In this document: positions 28,883-38,719 of the stretch, one piece after another | How positions within the stretch are numbered: position 1 is the first letter of the stretch | Layout of the letters: each line of letters starts with the position of its first letter | NCBI GenBank assembly: GCA_964576425.1 | Contig: CAZNVQ010000002.1 | Location: 1 to 54,198, forward strand | Direction of reading: 5' to 3' | DNA length: 54,198 bases | Source of the DNA: an uncultured Flavipsychrobacter sp. | GTDB lineage: Bacteria; Bacteroidota; Bacteroidia; Chitinophagales; Chitinophagaceae | The notes under the pieces: model-generated | Told to the model about the DNA's origin: nothing | The model's database searches: none | What the model saw: the letters and a program-made list of their open reading frames with translations, nothing else | Translations under genes and position numbers: made by a program

Positions 28883-29629
28883 CTACAAAATAGCTATTGG
28901 ATGCTGCACATCATGATAAAATAAAAATTGCCAACCTTCCAGTTTTCCCTTTTCAGCATATGAGGAACGCAATTCCATGGCTTTTTTTCCATCAAAGTCA
29001 TATTTAGCCACATACTTTATTTTCATCTGTTTTAATTGCGGAGCTTCATCTCCTCCAAAAAAAATCTTATCCATTCCATCGTCAATCAAGAAAACAATGT
29101 GTTCTTTGGAATGCCCTCCTGAATGTTGATAAAAAATTTCATCACCAATAAATCCTTCATTTCCTTCTAAAAAAACAACATTTTCAGAATTAATTACTGG
29201 CGATAATTCTACTGGAATATAAGATGGATAACCAATTTCCATTGCTGTTTTCACTTCATTTCTGTGAATAAAATATTGTGCTTTTGGAAATGAAAGCTCC
29301 ACTTCACCTCTATTGTTTTTAAATGAAATTCCACCTGCATGATCTTTATGCAAATGGGTCAACAAAACTTTTGTTATGTCATTGGATGAAAAACCTAATC
29401 TTGCCAAATTATCATGAATTTGAAGCTGACCATTTGATGTATTGAATCCTAATCCTGCATCAAGTAATAAAACATCATTGGAGGTAATTACTAAAAAAGG
29501 TTGTACTTCAACCAATAATGACCCAATTGGTCTTTCATTCAATATATCTTTTTCAAGGTCAAAAGGATGAAATATTTTGTCGTGTCCAATTGTGAAAACA
29601 CCCTCAGAAAGTGGAAAAACTTGTGCCAT
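28883..29629 (-). CDS. MBL-fold metallo-hydrolase
   Basis: LLTHLHKDHAGG (HxHxDH) motif; 12 nt downstream of rodA. Confidence 0.85.
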   Translation of the reverse strand: MAQVFPLSEGVFTIGHDKIFHPFDLEKDILNERPIGSLLVEVQPFLVITSNDVLLLDAGLGFNTSNGQLQIHDNLARLGFSSNDITKVLLTHLHKDHAGGISFKNNRGEVELSFPKAQYFIHRNEVKTAMEIGYPSYIPVELSPVINSENVVFLEGNEGFIGDEIFYQHSGGHSKEHIVFLIDDGMDKIFFGGDEAPQLKQMKIKYVAKYDFDGKKAMELRSSYAEKGKLEGWQFLFYHDVQHPIAIL

Positions 29630-29640
29630 AAATTTAAAAA

Positions 29641-30966
29641 TTATCGAATCATTACTTGACGATCAATATCCAATCGCAAAAGAATGAAAATCAATATGCT
29701 GAATGATAATAATGAAGAACCACCATAGCTTAGCAATGGTAGTGTAATTCCAATTACTGGCGCTAAACCAATGGTCATAGAAAGATTTATACTAAAGTGA
29801 AAAAAGAAAATTGCAGTAACACAATAACCATAAATTCTGCTAAAAGGTGAACGCTGCCTTTCAGCAAGGAAAAGAATACGCATCATCAGAGAAACATAGA
29901 TTGCCACCAATATAAAACTGCCTAAAAAACCAAATTGCTCACCAACAGCACAGAAAATAAAATCGGTATGCTGCTCAGGAACAAAGTCATTTTTAGTATT
30001 TGTTCCGTTTAACCATCCTTTCCCTAAAAATCCTCCAGAACCAATAGCTATTTTGGATTGCATCACGTTGTAATCTGAAACTTTTTCCTTTTTTACTGGA
30101 GCGCCATCTTCTTCATTGATTTTCAAATAATCTTCAGGAATTTCTTGTCCCAACATGGAATAAATTCGATCAACTTGATAGCCTTTCATCACGTTCTTAA
30201 AAACAAATGGAACCATGAGTTGTGAAAAAATAATACAAATCAAAATAATACTACCAAATATCAACTTAGCAATATGATCTCGTTTTAAAGTATCACGAAT
30301 CAAATAACCAAAAGCAACAGACAAACCTAAAATTAGATACAACAAAATTTGTCTGTCAATTAACAATGTCGCTAAGGTTAGAATCACTCCCGAAAAACCA
30401 ACAATCATGACCACGTTGGGTAATCCTTCACGATACATAACTAAGAAAAATGAAAAATAAACTAAAGCCAATCCAGTTTCATCTTGCAACAAAATTATAA
30501 TTGAAGGTACAAATGCGAATGCAACACCTATCAACCTATGTTTTAGTGTTTTAAAATTAGTATCGGGTGAAGACAAAAATTTAGCTAATGCTATTGAAGT
30601 AAAAATCTTACATACTTCTCCAGGTTGAAATGCAAAAGATCCTACTCCTAACCAACTATGGGAACCTTTTACATTCTTTCCAGCAACAATAGTGATCAAC
30701 AATAATAAAATCCCTAAAGCGTAAGCCAGATAAGCAAAAGAAGAAAAAACCTTGCTCTCTGTCCAGATAATTATAATGCCAACAAACAATGAAATACCCA
30801 ACCAGGTGAGTTGTTTCATATGGCTTTTGGACATGATAAAAAAAGAAGAGTCAGTACTGCGATATTCCACGGAAAAAATTGCAGACAAACCAATAAAAAC
30901 AAGCAACAAATATAACATTAAAGTTATACCATCAACTCTCAGAAATACACTTTTAGGTTTACTCAC
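29641..30966 (-). CDS. rodA: Rod shape-determining protein RodA (FtsW/RodA/SpoVE family)
   Basis: Polytopic membrane protein with blocks QPGEVCKI, PEQHTDFIF and LPLLSYGGSS; follows PBP2. Confidence 0.9.
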   Translation of the reverse strand: MSKPKSVFLRVDGITLMLYLLLVFIGLSAIFSVEYRSTDSSFFIMSKSHMKQLTWLGISLFVGIIIIWTESKVFSSFAYLAYALGILLLLITIVAGKNVKGSHSWLGVGSFAFQPGEVCKIFTSIALAKFLSSPDTNFKTLKHRLIGVAFAFVPSIIILLQDETGLALVYFSFFLVMYREGLPNVVMIVGFSGVILTLATLLIDRQILLYLILGLSVAFGYLIRDTLKRDHIAKLIFGSIILICIIFSQLMVPFVFKNVMKGYQVDRIYSMLGQEIPEDYLKINEEDGAPVKKEKVSDYNVMQSKIAIGSGGFLGKGWLNGTNTKNDFVPEQHTDFIFCAVGEQFGFLGSFILVAIYVSLMMRILFLAERQRSPFSRIYGYCVTAIFFFHFSINLSMTIGLAPVIGITLPLLSYGGSSLLSFSILIFILLRLDIDRQVMIR

Positions 30967-30983
30967 TTACAAAAATTTAAAAA

Positions 30984-32999
30984 TTATTTCTTGTGTTTTT
31001 CAATCCATCGATTAATTAAAATGGAATCTTTTACATTATCCATACTATCCGCAAAATGTTTGGAAGCCAACCTTCTTTGATAAATCCAAGCATCGCGTTT
31101 TTTTTGAGCAGAGTCTATCAAATAAATATAAGGATTGACAATTTTTGCATTTACTAACTTTTCTTCTAAATGCAATCTGTTTTTTGCAACTGTGTCAGTT
31201 AAATATTTTTCGATTAACAAACTTGCAACCGGTCCAGCCCATGCCGCACCAAAGCCAGCATTTTCAACAATTACAGCAATTACTATTTTTGGATTTTCAC
31301 GAGGAGCAAATGCTACAAATACAGAGTGATCTTTCATTTTCATTGGTTGACCATTAACCACAGCTTTGTTTTCCACAGTTCCTGTTTTGGCACAAATCTC
31401 AATTCCTGGCAAATGCGCCACTTTTCCAGTTCCATGATCAACCACATCTTGCATTCCTTTGCCAATAATACTAAACACGGTGTCTGGTATATTAGTCAAA
31501 GGCTGATGTTTAATTTTGAATCTTTTTAGCAAAGTATCATTTGTATTATTGTCAATTGATTTAACAAAATGAGGTGTGTAATAATAGCCTTTATTAGCAA
31601 TAATGCACAATGCATTGGTTAACTGCAATGGCGTAACAGCCACTTCGCCCTGACCCATGCCAACAAACAAATTAGTGCATGAATTCCAAGCACCTTGGTA
31701 CATTCTGTTATACAAAACTGTGTCCGGTAACAAACCTTTACCCTCTGCAGGAATATCCACACCTGTCGGATGACCCAATCCGAAATTCCACATATATTCA
31801 TGCCATTTTTGCAAGCCATTTTTCACCCCTCTAAATTTTCTATTATCTTCAATTAGCCTGAAGATGTGAACGAAATAAGAGTTACAAGAATGGGCTAATG
31901 CAATTCTTAAATTAGCTGCATGTCCAGCTTCAGAATGCATACATCCTATTCGCCTTCCGCAAGAATAGTAAGCACCAGAACAAGGGTATCCATATGATGG
32001 TGAAATGGCACCAACATCAAGCGCAACCAAGCCTGTAAACGGTTTCATAGTTGACCCGGGCTGATAGGTTGCTTGTGTTGCTCTATTAAAAAGAGGATGT
32101 CTTGCATCAGTATATAATGCAGAAAAGTTTTTGGACCGTTCTTTTCCTCTTAATAAATTGGGATCAAAACTTGGACTACTTACCATCGTTAATATGCCTC
32201 CTGTTTTCGGATCAATAGCCACTACACTTCCAATTTTATTATCCATCAATTTTTCAGCATATTCTTGCAATGACGCATCCAAATAAAGTTGCAAAGTTTT
32301 TCCAGCAATCGCTGGTGTGTCGAGTGCGCCATTTCTATAGGGATCTCTTGGTCTGTTAAAATTATCTCGTTCAAAATAATAGACACCTCTTTGTCCTCTC
32401 AAAACCTCTTCATAACTGGATTCTAGCCCATTGATGCCCACATAGTCTCCTTGTCTATAACTTGCATATCGCTCCTTTTTCAACATACTTGGCGATAACT
32501 CTCCAATATATCCCAATATGATTCCAGCACTTGAATTTGGATAGCCCCTATTATTTCTTTCAAGCAACTCAAAGCCATTGAACAAATACATGTTTTCTTT
32601 GAACCTTGCAGTTTGTTCTTTTGACATTTGCTCCATGAATACGCCCTGTCGCATGGGTCCGTTCTTGATTTTCGACTTAAGGATGATTTTACCAAAATCT
32701 TCTTTTGGAATTCCAAGAGTTTGACAAAATTTATTGGTGTCAATACTTTTTTCAACTTTTGTTGGCGTAACCATTAAATCATAAACAACATCGTTGTAGC
32801 ACATCGACTTGCCCTTTCTGTCGAGTATCACTCCACGGGGCGGATAAACCACTTTTCTGAAAATGGTTATATCATCTGCCAAAACTTTATATTTATCTTC
32901 TACCAATTGAAGAAATAAAAGTCTTATTAAAATCACCAAAGCAGTACTGATAATCAGTATTTTGATGATGAGTTGACGCGGATTTGCCGCTAATGACAT
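30984..32999 (-). CDS. mrdA: Penicillin-binding protein 2 (elongasome transpeptidase)
   Basis: N-terminal TM anchor. Transpeptidase motifs STMKP (SxxK), SCN (SxN) and KTGT. Confidence 0.9.
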   Translation of the reverse strand: MSLAANPRQLIIKILIISTALVILIRLLFLQLVEDKYKVLADDITIFRKVVYPPRGVILDRKGKSMCYNDVVYDLMVTPTKVEKSIDTNKFCQTLGIPKEDFGKIILKSKIKNGPMRQGVFMEQMSKEQTARFKENMYLFNGFELLERNNRGYPNSSAGIILGYIGELSPSMLKKERYASYRQGDYVGINGLESSYEEVLRGQRGVYYFERDNFNRPRDPYRNGALDTPAIAGKTLQLYLDASLQEYAEKLMDNKIGSVVAIDPKTGGILTMVSSPSFDPNLLRGKERSKNFSALYTDARHPLFNRATQATYQPGSTMKPFTGLVALDVGAISPSYGYPCSGAYYSCGRRIGCMHSEAGHAANLRIALAHSCNSYFVHIFRLIEDNRKFRGVKNGLQKWHEYMWNFGLGHPTGVDIPAEGKGLLPDTVLYNRMYQGAWNSCTNLFVGMGQGEVAVTPLQLTNALCIIANKGYYYTPHFVKSIDNNTNDTLLKRFKIKHQPLTNIPDTVFSIIGKGMQDVVDHGTGKVAHLPGIEICAKTGTVENKAVVNGQPMKMKDHSVFVAFAPRENPKIVIAVIVENAGFGAAWAGPVASLLIEKYLTDTVAKNRLHLEEKLVNAKIVNPYIYLIDSAQKKRDAWIYQRRLASKHFADSMDNVKDSILINRWIEKHKK

Positions 33000-33153
33000 A
33001 TGTTTTGATAAATTTGTTTTAAAATAAAACCGACTACAAACCTAATTCAAAAAGATGGTATCCTTTCAGCACTATTTTAAACATAAGACAAAGATTCTAT
33101 CCTTAAAATTAAACAGTATTCCAAATTGAAAAAATAATTATTCCAATAAAGTT

Positions 33154-33183
33154 TTGGACTTTTAAAAACACGCTGTACATTTG
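33154..33183 (+). promoter_or_regulatory. Candidate promoter of tRNA-Gln (TTG-19 nt-TACATTTG)
   Basis: TTG at 33154..33156. TACATTTG at 33176..33183, 20 nt before the tRNA 5' end. Confidence 0.5.
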
Positions 33184-33202
33184 CACTCCCAAGCAGAGAA
33201 AT

Positions 33203-33273
33203 AGTCCGATTGTGTAATGGTAGCACTACAGTTTTTGGTTCTGTCTGTCTAGGTTCGAATCCTGGTCGGACTA
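33203..33273 (+). tRNA. tRNA-Gln (anticodon UUG)
   Basis: Manual cloverleaf: acceptor AGTCCGA/TCGGACT, D-stem GTGT/GCAC, anticodon stem ACAGT/TCTGT with loop TTTTGGT (TTG at positions 34-36), T-arm CTAGG-TTCGAAT-CCTGG, discriminator A; no encoded CCA. Confidence 0.85.
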
Positions 33274-33284
33274 CTTTTAAAGCT

Positions 33285-33320
33285 CATAACTCGTTGATTT
33301 TCAACGAGTTATGTTTTTTT
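33285..33320 (+). terminator. Rho-independent terminator after tRNA-Gln
   Basis: 12-bp stem CATAACTCGTTG / CAACGAGTTATG followed by T7. Confidence 0.75.
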
Positions 33321-33435
33321 AGGGCATTTGGGTAAACAATTCTTTGTTTTCAATATTGTCATTTTCTTTTTCCTTTCTTGTTAATAACAAAATTATTCTT
33401 TCCCTTTACTTTTGAATTTCAAATCAACAATCACC

Positions 33436-34680
33436 ATGCACCATTTACTCATCATCAATATTGGTCAACTCATTGGCATCGAAAACCCAGAAAACAAAGT
33501 GGCTAAACGCTCAGGCATAGCAATGAATGAAGTAAACATCATTGAAAACGCTTGGCTTTATATTGAAAAAAACCACATTCACAGTTTTGGTAAAATGACT
33601 GATATGGATTTTATGCCTGCTGAAAATGTATATGATGCACATGGTCGATCCATATTACCAGCTTGGGTGGACAGTCACACTCACTTGGTTTTTGCAGCTT
33701 CCCGTGAACTTGAGTTTGTGGATAGAATAAAAGGAATCAGTTATGAAGAAATTGCTAAAAGAGGCGGAGGTATTTTAAACTCTGCACAAAAATTGGCGCT
33801 AACTTCTGAACATGAATTATTTGATTCATCCCTTCATCGTTTACACCAAGTGATGGCAACAGGAACTGGTGCTATTGAAATCAAAAGTGGCTATGGTCTT
33901 GACTTAGAGCAAGAATTGAAAATGCTCCGCGTGATTAAAAAATTAAAAGAGCATAGTCCAATTACTATCAAATCTTCATTATTAGCGGCTCATGCATACC
34001 CTTTAGCTTATAAAGAAAATCACCAAGCTTATGTAAATCATATTATCAATGACATGTTACCAAGAGTTGCAGAAGAAGGATTAGCAGATTATATGGATGT
34101 TTTCTGTGAACAAGGTTTTTTTGGTGTTGCTGAAACAGAACAACTTTTGGAAGCAGGCTGGAAATATGGTTTGAAACCAAAAATCCACGCTAATCAATTG
34201 CATTGCTCTGGCGGTGTTCAAGTTGGCATCAAACATAACGCCATAAGTGTGGACCACCTTGAATGTGTTGGTGATGCCGAAATTGATGCTTTGAAAAATA
34301 GCAATACCATACCAACTCTATTGCCAGGTGCTGCATTCTTTTTGGGAATGCATTATCAACCAGCTCGAAAAATGATTGATGCAGGACTGCCTGTTTGTTT
34401 GGCAACGGATTATAATCCAGGTTCTTGCCCATCAGGGAATGTTTCGTTATTGATGACTATCGCATGTACGCAACTCAAAATGACTCCTGAAGAAGCTTTC
34501 AATTCAGTCACAATTAATGGCGCAGCGGCTTTAGAATTAAGCGAAGAATTAGGTTCAATAGCTGTTGGTAAAAAAGCTAATCTCATCGTTACTTCCAAAA
34601 TCCCATCATTAGCCTATATCCCTTATGATTTTGGTAATAATCTTGTTGAAAAGATGATTATTAATGGTTCTTTTATTTAA
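33436..34680 (+). CDS. hutI: Imidazolonepropionase
   Basis: ATG 33436 (MHHLLIINIGQL). WVDSHTHLVFA, GGGILNSA, KIHANQL and ATDYNPGS amidohydrolase/HutI blocks. Confidence 0.88.
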   Translation: MHHLLIINIGQLIGIENPENKVAKRSGIAMNEVNIIENAWLYIEKNHIHSFGKMTDMDFMPAENVYDAHGRSILPAWVDSHTHLVFAASRELEFVDRIKGISYEEIAKRGGGILNSAQKLALTSEHELFDSSLHRLHQVMATGTGAIEIKSGYGLDLEQELKMLRVIKKLKEHSPITIKSSLLAAHAYPLAYKENHQAYVNHIINDMLPRVAEEGLADYMDVFCEQGFFGVAETEQLLEAGWKYGLKPKIHANQLHCSGGVQVGIKHNAISVDHLECVGDAEIDALKNSNTIPTLLPGAAFFLGMHYQPARKMIDAGLPVCLATDYNPGSCPSGNVSLLMTIACTQLKMTPEEAFNSVTINGAAALELSEELGSIAVGKKANLIVTSKIPSLAYIPYDFGNNLVEKMIINGSFI

Positions 34681-34739
34681 TTAACAAAATTTCAATATTA
34701 TCTTATTGTTAACTTTTCGTAACTTCATGTTTCATCAGC

Positions 34740-35951
34740 ATGAAAATAGGAAAAGTTATATTGTTTTTTGTTTTGCTTGCATTGAATTCAATGGAAGCAA
34801 AAGCTGATTTTGAAAACTCCTCAATTAGCAAAGTAAGAACTGTTGATTTTTTTGGCACTGAAATTTTGGTGTCACACAATGCTCAAAATGTTCCATTTTA
34901 CCATAATGAATTAACTACTGAAAAAATTTTACAGCACTATAAAATGCTTTGCAGTATTGGTTTTGAGGAAGAATTAAAAACCGTGCTTCAATATAAAAAA
35001 GACAATCAATTGGACGATTGGATTTATTATCAACTCATTCGAAAAACAGCCAATACAATTGCACCTAAAAATGTAGATTATATTAGCTACACATTGATGA
35101 AATGGTATTTGCTCACTCAATCAGGCTATGATGCTAAAGTTTGCTATAATGCCGACACCATATTACTTTATGTGCAATCGGATGAAACCATTTTTGATAT
35201 CCCATTTTATACCTTGAATCAAAAGCAATATATCTGCTTAAATTATCACGATTATAAAGCGCTAGATTTCGATAACAATAATCGATATACGACTGTAAGT
35301 CCTTTGACCAATATAAGCACGCAATCTTTTTCTTACAAATTAACGCAGCTACCCAAATTCGGGAGCGATGCCTATTCTGAAAAGCAACTTAGTTTTGAAT
35401 ACAAAAACAAACAATACGATTTCACTATAAAAATCAATGAGCATGTAAAATCTATTTTTGCCAACTACCCAGTTGCTGATTATCAACTGTATTTAGAAAT
35501 TCCATTAAGCCCTGAAACTTATGCTTCTTTGATTCCGCAATTGAAAAAAAACATAGCCTATTCGAGCATTAATGAAGGTATTGATTATATCATGCGTTTC
35601 ACAAGAAATGCCTTCCCTTATCAAACCGACCAAGAAAATTTTGGCAAAGAAAAAAGATTACTAGCCGAGCAAACATTGTTATCCAACGCTAGCGATTGTG
35701 AAGACCGTGCCGCGCTTTTTTTCTATTTGATTAAAGAAATATATCACTTACCCATGATTGTTATGGCATATCCGAAACATGTTACCGTAGCCATTCAATT
35801 ACCCAAAGCTAATGGCAGACCCATATTATACAATGGACAGAAATATTATGTTTGTGAACCAACGCCACAAAGAGAGGATTTGAAAATTGGTCAAATTTCA
35901 TCTGAAATGATTCACGAACATTTTGAAATTGCTTATTCTTATCAACCGTAA
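34740..35951 (+). CDS. Hypothetical secreted protein with a possible C-terminal transglutaminase-like (Cys-His-acid) domain
   Basis: Signal peptide MKIGKVILFFVLLALNSMEAKA. C-terminal SDCEDRAALFFYLIKEI...YPKHVTVAI...YYVCEPT has the spacing of a C/H/D-type papain-like core. Confidence 0.6.
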   Translation: MKIGKVILFFVLLALNSMEAKADFENSSISKVRTVDFFGTEILVSHNAQNVPFYHNELTTEKILQHYKMLCSIGFEEELKTVLQYKKDNQLDDWIYYQLIRKTANTIAPKNVDYISYTLMKWYLLTQSGYDAKVCYNADTILLYVQSDETIFDIPFYTLNQKQYICLNYHDYKALDFDNNNRYTTVSPLTNISTQSFSYKLTQLPKFGSDAYSEKQLSFEYKNKQYDFTIKINEHVKSIFANYPVADYQLYLEIPLSPETYASLIPQLKKNIAYSSINEGIDYIMRFTRNAFPYQTDQENFGKEKRLLAEQTLLSNASDCEDRAALFFYLIKEIYHLPMIVMAYPKHVTVAIQLPKANGRPILYNGQKYYVCEPTPQREDLKIGQISSEMIHEHFEIAYSYQP

Positions 35952-35994
35952 TTGAATTTGAAATTTAAAAAATTCTAGGTTTGATTCTGAATCA

Positions 35995-36429
35995 TTACAT
36001 CAACCTCAAGTAATGACTTACGATAAAAAGCTTTTTACTGTAATCAACTGTTCTATTTTCCACCATTGACAAAAAGAAATCACCTCTACGCAAACCTGGA
36101 TATCTTGGGCGCATATTGGGCATAATATTTTTAGTTGGCTGCAAGGTGGGCACAAACTGCATTTCAACAATATCTCCTGGCTGATAGGGCAAAGATACAT
36201 TGGCTCCATAGTCCGTAATTTCAACTTTGGCAAAACAAGGATGCTTGCCACATGCTGTTGATGTATCTTCATCTTTCTGTGGTAAAATGCGCAAAATACG
36301 TCCTTTCAACTTGCATGTATTTACTGAAGGATTTCCAATAAAACCATTAGGGTCTTCCTCCACCACTTTAGGTGCTTTACAAGAAGCAACAGAAGGTACT
36401 AAAACCAAGAAATAAATATATTTTTTTAT
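35995..36429 (-). CDS. Small hypothetical lipoprotein; start uncertain (possible ATA start)
   Basis: ORF track starts at TTG 36408 (MVLVPSVASCK). The in-frame upstream sequence encodes (ATA)KKYIYFLVLVPSVASC, a complete lipoprotein signal peptide. Confidence 0.55.
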   Translation of the reverse strand: MKKYIYFLVLVPSVASCKAPKVVEEDPNGFIGNPSVNTCKLKGRILRILPQKDEDTSTACGKHPCFAKVEITDYGANVSLPYQPGDIVEMQFVPTLQPTKNIMPNMRPRYPGLRRGDFFLSMVENRTVDYSKKLFIVSHYLRLM

Positions 36430-36495
36430 AAAAAATCCAAACTTTATATCAAGTTATGTTAAATATTTTTTCTATAAATAATTTTAAGCGTTCGA

Positions 36496-37617
36496 CTAAT
36501 TTAACCGGTAACATTTTCCAGGCAAGGTTTTAATCAAATATTTCAACTCCATCGTTAGTAAAACAGATGCTAGTTGAGCATTACCCCACCCTGTTTTCAA
36601 AAGCAATTCATCAGAATGCGCATTGTCTCGACCTTCTAACAATTGAACAATAGTTGATTCTTCCTCCGTCAATTGCTCGAACAATTGAGATTGAATAGCT
36701 GATACTTTTTTAGCTTGTCTATTCCATCCCATTTGCTCAAATAAATCATCGGCATTGTAAACTAAACTCGCAATTTGTTTTTTAATCAAATGATTGGTGC
36801 CACTGGATTTCAGATCAAAAGTTCTACCGGGTGCCGCCGCCACTTCGCGACCATAGCTGTGCGCCAAATAAGCTGTTATCATAGAACCTCCACTTTTTTC
36901 ACTCTCCACCACAACTGTAACATCGCTCATGCCTGCAACAATTCGATTTCGTGCTGGAAAATTATATCGGTCAGGCAATGTTTCAGATGGAAATTCAGAA
37001 AGCAAACCGCCACCTTGTTGCAGCATTTCTTTAGCCAAATTTTTGTTTTGACTTGGATAAATTATATCAAGAGAATGTCCCAAAACTCCAACTGTTGGAA
37101 TTCCAAACTGTACACTTGCTTTATGAGCAATGGAATCGATGCCAAGCGCCAATCCGCTGACAATAAGTAAGTCTTTGTTCCCTGCCAAACTTTCTACAAA
37201 AGAGTTGCAAAAACGCTGTCCGTAATCTGTGTTTGTTCTTGTACCGATGATGGCAACAACTTTTTTAGCATTGAGGTCAGCTTCTCCTTTATAATATAAA
37301 AGCAAGGGAGCGTCATCGCAATTGAAAAAGCGTTTGGGAAACTTTTGTTCATTGTAAAATAAAATCTGAATGCCATTGTCCTCACAAAATTTATATTCAA
37401 CTTCTGCTCTTTTCAAAAAATCTTTTCCTTGAAACGCTTTAGCACGAACAGTTCCAACACCATCTACTCGCTCCAAATCATGAGGCTTGGCTTTGAAAAT
37501 TGCTTCTGCCGAACCAAAATGTGCTATTAAAGATTTTGCCATTACTGGACCAACATCTGGCACAAAACTTAGAGCCAACTGATAATAACTTTCGGTATAT
37601 GAATTTTCTGGCAACAT
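36496..37617 (-). CDS. dprA: DNA-processing protein DprA (Smf)
   Basis: ATG 37617 (MLPENSYTESYYQLAL). Rossmann-like core VSGLALGIDSIAHKA plus a C-terminal winged-helix-like tail. Confidence 0.88.
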   Translation of the reverse strand: MLPENSYTESYYQLALSFVPDVGPVMAKSLIAHFGSAEAIFKAKPHDLERVDGVGTVRAKAFQGKDFLKRAEVEYKFCEDNGIQILFYNEQKFPKRFFNCDDAPLLLYYKGEADLNAKKVVAIIGTRTNTDYGQRFCNSFVESLAGNKDLLIVSGLALGIDSIAHKASVQFGIPTVGVLGHSLDIIYPSQNKNLAKEMLQQGGGLLSEFPSETLPDRYNFPARNRIVAGMSDVTVVVESEKSGGSMITAYLAHSYGREVAAAPGRTFDLKSSGTNHLIKKQIASLVYNADDLFEQMGWNRQAKKVSAIQSQLFEQLTEEESTIVQLLEGRDNAHSDELLLKTGWGNAQLASVLLTMELKYLIKTLPGKCYRLN

Positions 37618-37720
37618 AATTGTTTGTTCAACTTCAAATGCTCCACCTATCTTTGAGCAAAATTGAAATTCCAATATAATTCAATTTTTATTGTATCAAA
37701 AAAGAAAAAAAATTAAAAAC

Positions 37721-38239
37721 ATGAAAAAGTTCGGAATAGGTTTTCTTGCCATTTTGCTATTGAGTATCACTGCTTGTGCTATCCCCAAAAAAGCCGGAAA
37801 GAAAAATAAAAAAAATACTTCTGCAATATCTTACATAAAAATGCATAGAACCTCTTGCTTTGGTCGCTGCCCAACGTATTTCATCGAAATTTATGAAAAC
37901 GGGGACGTTCGTTTCACTGGTCTAAGATTTGTTCAAGACACTGGCATATATGAAAAAAACATTTCAGTTGCTAAAGCCCAAATTTTCATGAAAGAAGCAG
38001 AAAAATATCGAGTGGATACTTTGAAAGAATCTTATGAATTGATGATTGCTGATTTGCCAGGTATCAATTATCAATTTAATATTAAAGGAAAAACAAAGCA
38101 AGTTAGAAATGCTCAATATGGACCAAATTTTTTGAAAACAATGGCAAAGACTATAGACGTGTTAATAGGTGATTATTATGAAAATCCTGTTTTAGACAAG
38201 ACTTGGAAACAAGTGTCGAAAACCACCAAAGACCAATAA
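37721..38239 (+). CDS. DUF6438-like lipoprotein
   Basis: MKKFGIGFLAILLLSITAC lipobox. HRTSCFGRCPTYFIEIYENGDVRFTG block typical of DUF6438. Confidence 0.65.
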   Translation: MKKFGIGFLAILLLSITACAIPKKAGKKNKKNTSAISYIKMHRTSCFGRCPTYFIEIYENGDVRFTGLRFVQDTGIYEKNISVAKAQIFMKEAEKYRVDTLKESYELMIADLPGINYQFNIKGKTKQVRNAQYGPNFLKTMAKTIDVLIGDYYENPVLDKTWKQVSKTTKDQ

Positions 38240-38305
38240 TAAAAAATCAGGCTGCAAGTTTAAATGTGCAGCCTGATTCATTTTTAGAAATTACTTTCAA
38301 CGAAA

Positions 38306-38653
38306 TTATAGGTGTAATTTTTCTTTTTTTGCCATCAATTCATCCACTGTTTCTTGATACATTTCATCAGGAACACAGCAATCTACTGGACAAACAGCAG
38401 CACACTGAGGTTCTTCATGAAAACCTTGACATTCCGTGCATTTATCCGTTACGATATAATAAATATCAACCGCTGTTGGAGCATTTCTTGTTGCTGCGTC
38501 AATCTGATTGCCATTAATTAAGGTGTAAGCACCTTTCACCGAAGTTCCATCAGCAATTGCCCACTCCACACCTCCTTCGTAGATGGCATTGTTTGGACAT
38601 TCAGGCTCACAAGCCCCACAATTAATACATTCGTCAGTTATCTTAATTGCCAT
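38306..38653 (-). CDS. 2x[4Fe-4S] ferredoxin
   Basis: ATG 38653 (MAIKITDECINCGACEPECPNNAI) and a second cluster motif CTECQGFHEEPQCAAVCP. Confidence 0.9.
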   Translation of the reverse strand: MAIKITDECINCGACEPECPNNAIYEGGVEWAIADGTSVKGAYTLINGNQIDAATRNAPTAVDIYYIVTDKCTECQGFHEEPQCAAVCPVDCCVPDEMYQETVDELMAKKEKLHL

Positions 38654-38719
38654 AATTTGATTTGTTTTGGGATTTATGCATGCAAAGTTACAACTTCGCA
38701 AACAGAAAGTTTACATTGT

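Noticed and set aside
33203-34740. tRNA-Gln as a possible integration site for a genomic island
   Set aside because: No integrase or recombinase is nearby. I could find no direct repeat of the tRNA 3' end downstream. The following genes (hutI and others) look chromosomal.
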